Position numbers and translations under genes: made by a program
The notes under the pieces: model-generated
Database searches by the model: none
What the model was told of the DNA's origin: nothing
What the model saw: the letters and a program-made list of their open reading frames with translations, nothing else
In this document: one piece after another, positions 47,301-57,806 of the stretch
Layout: every line of letters begins with the position of its first letter
How positions within the stretch are numbered: the stretch's first letter is position 1
NCBI GenBank assembly: GCA_008632985.1
Contig: QPGO01000080.1
Span: 186,001-250,000, forward strand
Origin: Psammoneis japonica
Lineage: Eukaryota
Direction: 5' to 3'
Length of the DNA stretch: 64,000 nucleotides

Positions 47301-49971
47301 GCCCCTCGAGACTCTCACTGGATCCACCCCGGACATCAGCCCATTGCTTCGCTTTCACTGGTGGGAACCAGTGTACTTCCACCTCGATGACTCCGATTGG
47401 CCGTCCGAATCTCGTGAGTTGCGTGGACGCTTCGTTGGCATTGCTGAGCACGTCGGCCACCAGATGACCTTCAAGATTCTATCTGACGAGACTCAGAAGA
47501 TCCTCTGCCGGTCCAACGTTCGCTCCGCCACCCCCGATCCTGCCGTTCGAAACCTGCGTCTTGATCCTCCTGATGGGGAGCCACCTGAACCCATCATCAA
47601 ATCTCGCCATGACGACAACCCCGTCGATTCTCCTGATGGGGAGATCAGGACACCCAAGATGCCAGTTTTCGATCCGCAAGACATCATTGGACGTACCTTC
47701 CTCATGCAGCCACAAGAGGACGGACAACGCCACAGAGCTCGTATCGTCAAGGCCGTCGAAGACCACGAATGGAAAGTGAACGGCAATCCCGAGCTCACTA
47801 AGTTCGTCTGCTCTGTCAACAATGACGAATACGAGGAAGTCCTTGCCTGCAATGACATCATGAATCACATTGAGCAAGAAGACGAAGACACCACTGTTTG
47901 GAAATTTCGACGCATCGTGTCACACGAAGGCCCTCTGAAGCCTCACGACCCAACCTGGAAAGGCTCAAGCTACAACATCATGCTTGAATGGGAAAGTGGG
48001 GAGATCACGTCCGAGCCTCTTGCCATCATCGCCAAGGACGACCCCGTCACCTGTGCCATCTATGCACGAGAGAACGGACTCCTCGACACGGATGGATGGA
48101 AGCGGTTCCGCACCATCGCGAGGTGCCAGAAGAAGCTATTTCGCATGGCCAACCAAGCCAAGCTTCGCTCCTTCCGCACTGCACCTCGCTACAAGTGCGG
48201 ATGCGAAGTTCCCCGGAACTACAAACACGCCATGTCACTAGACGAACGCAACGGCAACCGCAAGTGGGGAGACGCAACTAATCTCGAGATGGACCAACTC
48301 GACGAATACGAAGTCTTCCATGACTGCGGGCCCTTCAAGTCTTCCACTCCTCCTGCGGGACACAAGAAGATCCGAGTCCACCTGGTGCACGACGTGAAAC
48401 ACGACGGTCGCCACAAGGCACGACTCGTAGCCGACGGGCACCTCACGGACGTACCTGTCGACAGTGTCTGCTCCGGAGCAGTCTCCCTTCGTGGCCTTCG
48501 GCTGATGATTTTCCTGGCCGAACTCAACGAGCTGGAGACATGGGCCACCGACATTGGCAATGCCCACCTTGAAGCCACCACCAAGGAGAAGCTTTACATT
48601 GTAGCTGGACCCGAATTTGGCAAACTCGAAGGACACATCCTTGTCATCCACAAGGCACTGTATGGACTGCGCAGCTCCGGTCTCCGCTGGCACGAGCGCT
48701 TCGCCGACTGCCTGCGAGCTGAAGGCTTCTTCCCCTGCCGCGCCGAACCCGACATTTGGATGCGCAGGAACGGCGACCACTGTGAATACATTGCCGTTTA
48801 TGTGGATGACCTCGCCATTGCCATGAAGGACCCTCAATCTTTCGTCGACACTCTCACGGAAAAGCACAAGTTCAAGCTCAAGGGTGCGGGACCCATTGAG
48901 TTCCATCTGGGTTGCGACTTTTCCCGGGACCCCGACGGAACCTTGTGCCTGTCTCCGCGCAAGTACATCGAGCACATGGTCGACAGTTACGCCCGACTGT
49001 TTGGGGAGAAACCCACCACCAACGCCCTGTCACCTCTAGAGAAGGGTGACCACCCCGAACTGGACACTTCCGAACTGCTGGGACCCGAAGGCATTCACAA
49101 GTTCCAGTCTCTTGTTGGTTCACTCCAATGGGCAGTGTCCCTTGGTCGAATTGACATCACCACGGCTGTCATGTCACTCTCTAGCTTCCGAGCTGCGCCC
49201 CGTCAAGGCCACTTGGATCATGCCAAACGCATCTGTGGGTGCCTCTCCAAGATGCGACACGGTGCTCTCCGCGTTCGCACGGAAGAGCCCGACTGTTCGG
49301 ATCTCCCTGCTCCGGCCTATGAATGGATGCATTCCGTGCATGGTGAAGCAGAAGAGATGATCCCGAAGGACGCTCCACCGCCCCTTGGCAAGTTCGTCAC
49401 TGCCACCCACTGCGTCGATGCAAACTTGCACCATTGCATGCTCACCGGACGCTCTGTCATGGGAATGCTCCACTTCCTCAACAAATTCCCAGCTGATTGG
49501 TTCTCCAAGAAACAAGCCACCGTGGAGACTGCAACCTGCGGATCTGAATTTGTTGCCGCAAGGAATTGTGTTGAGCAGATTGTCGACCTGCGCATCACCC
49601 TGCACTGCCTTGGCGTCCCGATCCGCAATGTCAGTTACATGTTCGGTGACAACAAGTCGGTTGCAGACAGTGCCACCATCCCGCACTCCAAGTTACACAA
49701 GCGACACACCGCACTGTCGTTCCACCGTGTGCGTGAGGCAATTGCCTCTGGTTACCTTGAGTTCCACTTCATCGAAGGCTCCCGCAACCCTGCTGACATT
49801 CTCAGCAAGCATTGGGGTTGCTCCCAAATCTGGGACCTTCTCCGCCCCCTCATGTTCTGGAACTTCATTCCATCCGAAGTCGAATCTGTTTCTGTGGCTC
49901 CTCAAGCAAACTGGGGAGTGACAGGATTTGAACAGGATTTGGATGCGCGCGAAGCATCGCGCGCTGTTTAG
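44302..49971 (+). CDS. Copia gag-pol polyprotein (gag, protease, integrase, RT, RNase H); open but heavily Tyr->Cys/His mutated, probably non-functional
   Basis: 1899-codon ORF with first ATG at 44302. Protease LVDRGANGG, integrase ISDRAQVE...QNFAER, RT KARLVADGH / LYGLRSSG / YVDD, RNase H VDANL...ETATCGSE...NPADILSK. The frame runs into the 3' LTR. Confidence 0.92.
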   Translation: MVLTRQQQTDGFEHVVGTVLAQGAGSPLCLALAQDGTDSCQELFTFMPSQIDSLECDNGTDAIPLPRGYKNMLAAPVSLYIVKAHKGLDVANDSSLFTHDEFLACRLSPDHMSSVSIGSSPLAPPHVTNPTKACDPVRDFKRGIKRDPTAFTALKSDKQWHTWHTSLVAQARAQDVECILDSSYKPTSPEDKLLFAEQQKCMFAVFERILLTDKGKALIRENVGSSDAQTVCRSLSAHVLASTRASVESSTLLTHLTTARLGDGTWKGPTHGFILHWQDQLRKCEALIPASDHFSEGQKRVMLENAMHPVEELRAVKNQADQHRTQSGKSLTHDQCCGLLLSAAAQCDSTFQPKTTPRAPRRATHAHDVHSEEPSDDVFYDIDSDVDVLQANAAHTRGPSLTGVQWRRLPPDHQRLWDSLPDSSKAIILEHSRPPPRNPRASNCHESVAANLHDQHLGSDGDVNLSNTTPADCGDPATHVDATSDDPILAHLTKRKPLPPGDLQRLLSPNQAPNASRPGPSAASSTPPASADDMELNGRTCRRVDNHNVICSASAHRSTRTGTLVDRGANGGIAGDDVRVIARTSRQVDVQGIDDHQLVDIPIVTAGAVIETQRGPVIAILHQHACTGKGKTIHSCGQLEWHKQDVNDRSVKVPNGLQRIATPDGHVIPIDIKAGLPCVAMRPCTDAEWDTLPHVILTGDDTWDPSVLDHSVTDDDQWHDAISDLQDDPTANLFDECGNCRHRVVVNETILSASLSADHASALDDHLIPNDDVFYECHLHAIDPTGDDVPPPERTVKPKDPPCESLRPHFGFLPTDAVRRTFDCTTQHARMPAGAHLRKAYKSPNPALNVHRRNEPVATDTVCADTPAVDSGCTSTQLFVGTESTVTDVCGTKTDKEFVNTLEDQIRERGAPSKLISDRAQVEISNKVLGILRALFISSWQSEPHQQHQNFAERRHQTVKRMANTVMDRFGSPAHTWLLALMHVCFMLNHTASPRLHWRTPLETLTGSTPDISPLLRFHWWEPVYFHLDDSDWPSESRELRGRFVGIAEHVGHQMTFKILSDETQKILCRSNVRSATPDPAVRNLRLDPPDGEPPEPIIKSRHDDNPVDSPDGEIRTPKMPVFDPQDIIGRTFLMQPQEDGQRHRARIVKAVEDHEWKVNGNPELTKFVCSVNNDEYEEVLACNDIMNHIEQEDEDTTVWKFRRIVSHEGPLKPHDPTWKGSSYNIMLEWESGEITSEPLAIIAKDDPVTCAIYARENGLLDTDGWKRFRTIARCQKKLFRMANQAKLRSFRTAPRYKCGCEVPRNYKHAMSLDERNGNRKWGDATNLEMDQLDEYEVFHDCGPFKSSTPPAGHKKIRVHLVHDVKHDGRHKARLVADGHLTDVPVDSVCSGAVSLRGLRLMIFLAELNELETWATDIGNAHLEATTKEKLYIVAGPEFGKLEGHILVIHKALYGLRSSGLRWHERFADCLRAEGFFPCRAEPDIWMRRNGDHCEYIAVYVDDLAIAMKDPQSFVDTLTEKHKFKLKGAGPIEFHLGCDFSRDPDGTLCLSPRKYIEHMVDSYARLFGEKPTTNALSPLEKGDHPELDTSELLGPEGIHKFQSLVGSLQWAVSLGRIDITTAVMSLSSFRAAPRQGHLDHAKRICGCLSKMRHGALRVRTEEPDCSDLPAPAYEWMHSVHGEAEEMIPKDAPPPLGKFVTATHCVDANLHHCMLTGRSVMGMLHFLNKFPADWFSKKQATVETATCGSEFVAARNCVEQIVDLRITLHCLGVPIRNVSYMFGDNKSVADSATIPHSKLHKRHTALSFHRVREAIASGYLEFHFIEGSRNPADILSKHWGCSQIWDLLRPLMFWNFIPSEVESVSVAPQANWGVTGFEQDLDAREASRAV

Positions 49972-50194
49972 TTCACCGTGCACAGTTTTGTGTGCTTTAG
50001 TTCCGCGCGTTCACGCGCGATGTAGTTTGCTTTTGAGCCACAAGGCTCACAAGAATAACAACAGCAGCCCGATTGCACCGACTTACACGTCTTTCGGCTC
50101 CTGCAACGGTCTCTGAGCGGAGACTCATCTGCCATTTAGACAGCAGCAAGGAGTCATTGTTTGAATTCTTGCCATTTGCCTTCAGTTTCTGTCA
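49919..50194 (+). repeat. 3' LTR
   Basis: TGACAGG...TTCTGTCA, directly after the PPT. Confidence 0.97.
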
Positions 50195-50242
50195 GTGCAC
50201 CCATGCACCCACCAGACACGGGTGAGCATCTGATGAAGGACA

Positions 50243-50638
50243 GATGGGTTCCAGTCCCAAGTGGGGGATTTTTGTGACATTGGTCCCACAGATTTTCACA
50301 TGCGAGCTCCGCAGCAAAATTGTCAAGCAATGAAAACATGAATGATCGCCAACAGAAAAAGAGGCAATTTTGCGAACGTGTCTCCTCCTCCACACTTTAA
50401 GCACATTGTCGACAGCATGCCCGGTTGCACTCTTCAGACATTGAAGAAAATGCCCAGTGCATTTTTTTGTCACAAGTGCAGAAAACAGAAAGCCTTTGGC
50501 TTTGCAAAACAGGCAGTGTGGAACAATTTTTTATGATGGAGCATGCAGAAATGTGCACGCGAAACATGCGACGGATGACAAAAAACAATTGTGTCACAGC
50601 CCAGTGGCACAAGGTCCCACCTGGAGCTGGAGCATGTC
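50243..50638 (+). mobile_element. MITE, subtype A
   Basis: Homologous to 39212-39608; flanks GACA / AACA. Confidence 0.85.
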
Positions 50639-53048
50639 AACAGGCTTTGCCACACAGACCTGGTCAACCAGCAGCAATTGGATCAAGTTAAAAACCATGA
50701 TTTGTTGACACCGGACAAGGCAGTGTGCTCACCCAAACTGTTTTTGGCTCCGATCAATGCAGTCAAAGACAAGGTGTTGGTGTGCAAAGAACAGCATGGG
50801 GTTGCAGAGATGCACAATAAATCGAAACACGTGTGGGCAGCTCCAGATAGAAGGACAATGTGGGCCAACAAATTCCACACTGCCGCAGTGTCACGGTTTC
50901 TGTTGAAATTTCCAAAATGCCAATGAAAGTGAGAAAAGCATTGTTGGATTGTCGCCATCAAACATCTCACCTTTGGAAGACGTCAACACACTGCTTTGCT
51001 CACCTCAGTTAAACCAGTTTTGCCAAACAGGGCAAAACCACCACCTTGGCGCCCATTTGTAATTGGGCAAAGCCATGTCCTCACCCACTTCTTCCCTTTG
51101 CTTGAAACACAAGAGAACTTGGTTGGATGCCCTTGGCTGTCTGGCAACTTGTTGCAAGTGGACAACAAGCAATCTTTTTCTGTTTCCAGACAACAGTTGT
51201 GGATTGTCTTTTCCGTTGCACCCAAAAATAAATCCTCATGATTTGATGGCTTGCCCAGCCATTCTCCCATTCTTGAATCCCCCACCAACTTGGGCGTGTG
51301 GTGAATCGCTGCTTGTGCATTCAACCCCTCCTTGTCTGGCACCATTGTCTTTGCAAAAAAACCCTGTGCGTGCAGTCAAAGGTTTTGACAACTTGTCTCA
51401 GCAACCACAGGTTGAAAGGGATGATTGTTTTGCACCTTTGCATTCATGGATGAAGCAGGTGGTGAATCATGCCCCACAGGTTTTTGCGGAAGAATCATTC
51501 TCCAAAGGTTGTCTGTGCTGCCACTCACCTCATTGCATCCAGAAGCAGTCCATGGCAATTTGCATGAAGCCAGACTTCTCAAAATCTTTTTTGTTGCCAA
51601 ACTGGCAAATCACACATTTGATAAAATCATTTGCAGAAATGCTGCAATTGAGGTGCAGTGTTTCGCTTCCGTCCTGCAGCAACACTGTGCACACCCACAT
51701 CTGCATGTCTGAGTCACATCCATGTCCTTGCAAGCCACACACCTGGCTTGTCTCTTCATTGTTGGAAGGACAGAACCAACCTTTTGCCAACCTCAGAACA
51801 CAATTCATCCAATGATGGCTTGCCCGCATTCACAGGACGGGTCATTCCCAGCCAAAGGTGCCAGGCGCCACCTTCATTCCTGCCAGAACAATGGGAAAAA
51901 TGGCCAAATTAAAGTGTTGTCTCAAAACAGAATTGAACAAAGGAGTCTCACTTGAACATTTGAAGTTGAAATGATTTCACATTGTGGCCAGATGCCTTTG
52001 AGTCATCCTCCTGTGACGCGGAACCCAAAAGAGTTGACATTGATTCCAAGTCAGATGGGGAACAACTCGAGTTGTTGTTTGCAGTTTTGGACCTTTTGGA
52101 ATGGCTGCTTGAAGAAGGGCACTCGGTTAAATCCATCACCCCATTGTTGGGTGCCAAACTTGCTGAGTGTGATTCCGAACCAGAAGAGGAACATCCCAAA
52201 TCGTTTTTCACCTTTGTCAAAGGCAGGTGGTGTCCGCTCGACAACCCATTGGTTGGATCAACTGCGTGATGGCTGGACAGGTCCCCCACTCCATTGTTGG
52301 AGCAATGCTGTGTTCACTGTCATCATCACAGTGGATGGAAAAGTCCAACTTAATGCAAGAATCCAGGATGTGTTCCAGGTCTAGGTGGGACCTCGTGCTG
52401 CTGAACTGTGACATCGACAGTTTTTTGAATCGTGCCACATGTTGCACACGCACATTTCTGCATGATTTTGGTGACATTTTGCATCATTTTATGGCACAAT
52501 CATTTTCCATTCAACAACTTTTAATGTTTTTTTCTTCTGCACCATTCTCAAATGTCTTGAGGCATTTGCACAATGAGCTGATGGATGGCAAGGCGATTTG
52601 ACTTTCTGATTTTTTTTTTTGCACTGGAAACTTTGTGCGCGGCGATGACAGCGACGTGTCCCAGAGTCTTTTGTCATTGTGGACATTTAGTTTGTTAAGT
52701 TTTAGAATGCACTCAGTCATGAAAGTCCCCGGGAGCAACCTCGGTTTGAAAGCAAAACGTCGCACCAATGCCGAGCTGTGTTTTCCGACCTGTCACTGTC
52801 ATGCATTCATTGTTGAACCATTGAGACTTTGTCAGGGGGACTTTCTTTACTTCCATGTGTTCTAGATGGTGTGGTCAATCATTGTGACAAGTGCCCATTG
52901 CAAAGTCGTCCTGTGTGAGCTTGAGAAAAATGTCATCATCATCGTCGGCGTTGACGGCAATTTGTTGCACAAATCGCAAGTGCGCACACCTTAAGAATGG
53001 CACAGGGCAGGCAGAAAGTCCAAAACTTTGAGTGGGGACAGGGACATG

Positions 53049-54207
53049 CTGTCCGTTTGGCAACAGCTGCACAGCTAAAAATGGTGACGCTGTCTGCTTT
53101 ATCTCGTGCATGTGGTGCGCGGTTGTTGGACTGTGCAGGCGTGTGTGCGTGTGTGAGGTGCAAGCAGAACATGCACATGATTGCCGCTGAGTGAGTTGAC
53201 AGGCGGTGGATTTTCACCGGTGCACAATCCACAGGCTCCACAGGAGAGATAAACTTGTGTTGGTTCCTGAGGCTTTTGTGCATCTCATTGAATTTTCTTG
53301 TGCCTTTAATTTGCGTGTGCCAACTCAAAAGTCTGACAGAACACCCCGAAAGAACTTCTCAAAATGTCTTCCAATGGAATGCAGTGAAACATCTGCTGTT
53401 GGCAAAACAGAGTCGCTGTGGGCAAAATGGATCCCCGTCTTTCGTGCACAACAACAGCGGCACGACAATGCACAACAACACCATGGCAAGCAACGCAAAC
53501 ACCGTTCACTTGTCCAATGTGCACCAGCTGGCATTTCCAGATAAGATCAAAGCTGTTGGACAACATTTGTGTGCTGCATTCCTGGGTCAAGTTGGGTTTC
53601 TTCTCGTTGCTTGTTGTCGTGTCACTTCACAACGTCTTGACCCACGCCGTGTTTTTTGCTTTGGATGGGTTCCAGTCCCAGGTGGGACTCCATGTGACAT
53701 TGGGCCCGAAGAATTCTGCATGTGAGCTCTGCAGCAAATTTGTGCTGCAATGAAAATGCAAATGATTGCCAACAGAAAAAGAGGCAATTTTACGAACGCA
53801 TCTCCTCCTCCACACTTGGAGCACATCATCAATGGTTTGCCTGGGTGTTTTCTTCAGACATTAAAGAACACACCCAGTGCATTGTCATTCTCATGAATGT
53901 TGAAAATAGAAAGCCTTTGGCTTCGCAAAACAGGGAGCATGGAACAATTTCGTAGAATGTGACATGTGGAAATGTGCATGTGCGACATGCGACATGATCC
54001 AAAAAAACTGTTGATGTCACAGTGCAGCAGTGCGAGGTCCCACCCAGAGAGCTGGAGCGCATCATTTAAAAACGTTGGTGGGATTGATTCAAATCGACCA
54101 CACAGAATCACACACTTCAGCATGAAATTTTGTCCTGGAAATGATCTTGTGCAAACTTTTTTGACGAGCGGCAAAAAAAAAGTCTGCAGCTGTTGCCAAA
54201 CAGACAG
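53049..54207. mobile_element. Non-autonomous TIR element, probably Tc1/mariner-like, nested in the split MITE
   Basis: TIRs CTGTCCGTTTGGCAACAGCTGCA / TGCAGCTGTTGCCAAACAGACAG; flanked by TG and CA (compatible with a mutated TA TSD). Confidence 0.7.
53664..54063 (+). mobile_element. MITE, subtype A, nested inside 53049-54207
   Basis: Homologous to 39212-39608 over its full length; TSD unclear. Confidence 0.85.
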
Positions 54208-57200
54208 CAGGCACCACAAACTTGGTCGTTTGTTTTGTGTCAAAGACAAACATGTCCATTGACCAGAGCACAAACTGCAGAGCTTGCACACAGAATTCTG
54301 CAGGGCAAATGTCACACAGAGAGTCCCACCTGGGACTGGAACCTGCCCCAGATCATTGTGGGCTTCTCGACACTGCAACACATCGTCAATTGACGATTGA
54401 TCTGACTGTGCTTCCCAACAACAATCTAAATCGCCATTGTCTTGGGTGGAGTCCAAATTGGATCCAGCACCCAATTCATTCCAAGCTTTGCCACTCTGCA
54501 ACATCTCAATGCAGTCAATGATCTGACACACTGGGTGATGCCATGCTCCTTGTGTGAACAGAGGGCAGCCGGAGACAACGTGAAGATGTCTTGACCACAA
54601 ACAGGTCCCTGGAAAAAGCAGTTGAAAATGTTTGTACATTGACTGACAGACAACTCACAAAGCTGATGCTTGGTTCCATTACCACCAAATCCCATCATGA
54701 ATGAGAGGTTGCTCTTCTGGCTTGATGTGCTCCAATTGTTCAGCAGCTCCTGAATTGAACACAGGACAAACAACGTCATTGAAATGAGGATGGTCCTTCA
54801 AGACTGTGGCAGCCAGAGCAAGACAATGAAGGACCAACATCAGTCTGATCTCATTGAAATTTTGGTGCCCCGGTTTGCCCACACAACGAATGCTGCCTTG
54901 CAGCATTGTCCCACTGGATCAGCACAGAAGTCTTCTGAGTCCATGTGCTGGTTTGTCCATTGAAGGATGGAGCACATTTATCCACCATGTTGCCCACAAG
55001 CAAGTTGGCCTTGTCATTTGACGTTCCATCCAAAAACACCTTTTCAAATTTCTCCTTGGTCATGTTGGTTGGGCCAATCCTTCCCCACCTGTTTGTTGCC
55101 AAAGGGGGTGCCAAACTCCTTCACCATCAACTGGACAAAGAGAATGAAGGGGTTGCATCCTTCACAACACAGATTGGGCAAATGCTTGTCACCAATGCAA
55201 CAAAAAGCCGTGATGTCCGGTCGGGCAATGCATCACCCTTTTTGGGTCTGGGCCTGCTTGGAGCACAGTGCACTTGAAGCGGTGAATCATGCTGGCTGGA
55301 GCAGACAGGCGCATGTCTCTAACAGGGCAAGCCGGCAGTTTCAGTTTGTCCATGTGCACTTTGGGCAACCCAATGAACACACCACCACTTGTCATCACAT
55401 TGTCCCATGAATGACTGTCATCCAGGTAGAAATGCTTGAATGTCTCAGCAGACAGCTTCACTTCCAGGTGTGAGTGACTGTCCTGCTCAAGATCCATGTC
55501 TTGCAATGTGCAGTCAAGTTTTGATTGATTGCAATGAATGCGCATGAGCAACGGTTGCAAGTTGCACTTGTCATTGTGGCACTTGCCGACAACCCTCTTG
55601 CTGTTGCAAATGGCCTTCCAGGACCAAAGGTCACCAAAGGCATTGACAATGAAGAAACAACCAGCAGCCATCTTCCTGCATCTGCGCAAGCTGCAGTTGT
55701 TTTTGTCAGTGTGACCAGTGCAGACATGCTTGGCAGAGCCAGGCTCCTTCCTTCAAGCAACAATTCCACCCTGCACACCCAAACTTTGTCCTCCTTTTGT
55801 CACCTGATTCAACAGCATCTGGACCATTGCACTTGAGATTGGCCTCTCTCTTCAACAAAATGAATGGCAGCAGAGAAAGCAAACAAACCCGGAGGCTCCC
55901 AAAGTGAGATTGGCACGCCTTGTTTGTTTGCCTTGCAACAGAGAGTTCCTCCAAGCAGTGATCTAATGCAATGGGGCACTCAACTCTAACATGTGAGCCC
56001 TGGGCAGGATCACCAGCAGGAGTTTGGTTGGCAAATTTGTGCCAATTGTCACCAAGGTTGTCCACAAGGTAAAAGTCCCTGGCAGAGTGGTGAAGAACAT
56101 GCTCGACATTGGTGGACAAGTCCATCATGCACAGATGTGACAACTGAGCAGAAATTTCCTCTGATGTGGCATGGCAACATTTGGGTGGGTGTTGAACCAT
56201 TGACAAAGGGTCAACACATCAAGCCAAGATGTGTTGTTGGGGTCATGCATTGTGGGTTCCACAGTGGGACCCATTGCATCACAGTCCGGGGTGACAACTG
56301 CTTGTGCCAAAGCAGAAGTTGGTGAAGCCTCTGTGACCAACTCTGACAATGTGGGAAGGTTGGAGGGACGTTTGTTGTGCTCCTCCCTGTGCAATGCCAC
56401 ATTGCCAGGAGAGAAGGGAGGTGGCAGGAGAGAACATGACATGGCTGGGGAAGTCTTCTGAGGGGCGGCCAAAGAGGGCTCTCATGGCAACACTGCAATG
56501 GAGAGGCAAAGTTGGGCATGAGACAAAAGAGAGAGAGAGAGAACAACAAATGACAACATCTGTGCTTGCTGGGATCACACAGACATGTTCCATCTTTGCA
56601 AGTCCTTCTAATCTTTTGCTTGCATGGCAAGTCTTTTGCTGCACCTGGGAACAATGCCAGCTTGATCCTTGGGACAATGCTTCAAGAACTCCAATGTGAG
56701 CATGGCATTGACTTTAAGCTCATGCGCACGGTGACAGGAAAGGGCATCACCATCCTCAATCACCAGGTCCTTCATGTTGCCTGTCTTTGCAACGCACTTC
56801 TCAACAACTGCCTCCTCAGAACCAACCTCACTTGAATCACAAAGCACAAGGAAGCTGTCCACGAACAAGTGCCGCTCCTTCTGGGCAGCCACAGTGCAAA
56901 AAATCTGAAGGAACCAATGACCAATGTTGTCGGTTTTTGTTGTGATGTGCCACGTTGCGATTTCTGTTACATGGCATGCAGCATGAAGGTCTTGTGCACG
57001 GTCATCCAACAAGGATTTGAAACTTTTGCACTTCAGGAAATGGAAACAAGGCTTGCCTGATGTTGGGTCATTGAGATTGTCCCCATTGATGATCTGGTGC
57101 ACGTGCTCTGCCATTGCCCATGTGTTGCAATGAAGGTCTTGACGATGCATCCTCTGCTTCATGGTCTTGCCCGGTGTTGCAACAGACTCAAGAGCATTTT

Positions 57201-57806
57201 CTAACTTTTGACACTGAAGTGCAAATTCCCCCTTTTTGGTGGGAGAATGCTTCATGCCCCAACCACGAGTCTGGATGTGTGGCCACACCTTGGGGCATGC
57301 GAGAGATTTCCTGATGAAATTGTTGGTGCAGATCACTTCATCCACACAGACAGGGGACTTTGTGAAGCCTTGGCTTGTGACACAAAAAGGGGAGTGCAAG
57401 GAATTCTGGAGATGGCCTCCAATTTGTTTGCTCACAAAACCACTTTTTGGAGGTGCGTGTTGCTGTGATGGATTTGAGCTTGGGTCCAAACAGCTCCATG
57501 CTAAAACCACTGGCAAAATGCTCAATGTCATCAAGATTGACATCATCAGGAAAGACAAAACAGAGATCAGAGTCTGCCTCCTCTGGCAACGGCGCAAATT
57601 CACAAACCAACTTTGGCGCCATGGTCTGTTGACGATCAATGTTGTCATGCAGAAACCACGCATTTCACAACAGCACATGTTCAGCTTGATTTGTGTTTGA
57701 TGAGAACATGTGCCATTGTGAAATGCGTGCAAATGTTTGTGCATGTAAAAAACACTGAAACAACAGCAGAGAAAGGTGAGGAGCTTATCTGGGGAAAATG
57801 AGAAAA

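Larger units (their letters stand above)
43087..50194 (+). mobile_element. Full-length, structurally intact Ty1/copia (CoDi-type) retrotransposon, 7108 bp
   Basis: 276-bp TG...CA LTRs; 5-bp TSD GTGCA (43082-43086, 50195-50199); PPT GGGGAG at 49913-49918; single uninterrupted gag-pol ORF. Confidence 0.97.
52367..54347 (-). mobile_element. MITE, subtype B, split by nested insertions (arms ~52367-52575 and ~54210-54347)
   Basis: Both TIRs present; perfect TSD CCAG at 52363-52366 and 54348-54351. Confidence 0.8.

Noticed and set aside
44505..49983. Long antisense and alternate-frame ORFs over the copia polyprotein
   Set aside because: Shadow ORFs from GC-rich codon usage and stop depletion; no recognisable motifs
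25678..50194. Alternative genetic code or RNA editing as the explanation for Tyr->Cys/His
   Set aside because: The host gene uses Tyr normally; the changes occur on both strands, in non-coding LTRs and TSDs, and differ between paired LTRs
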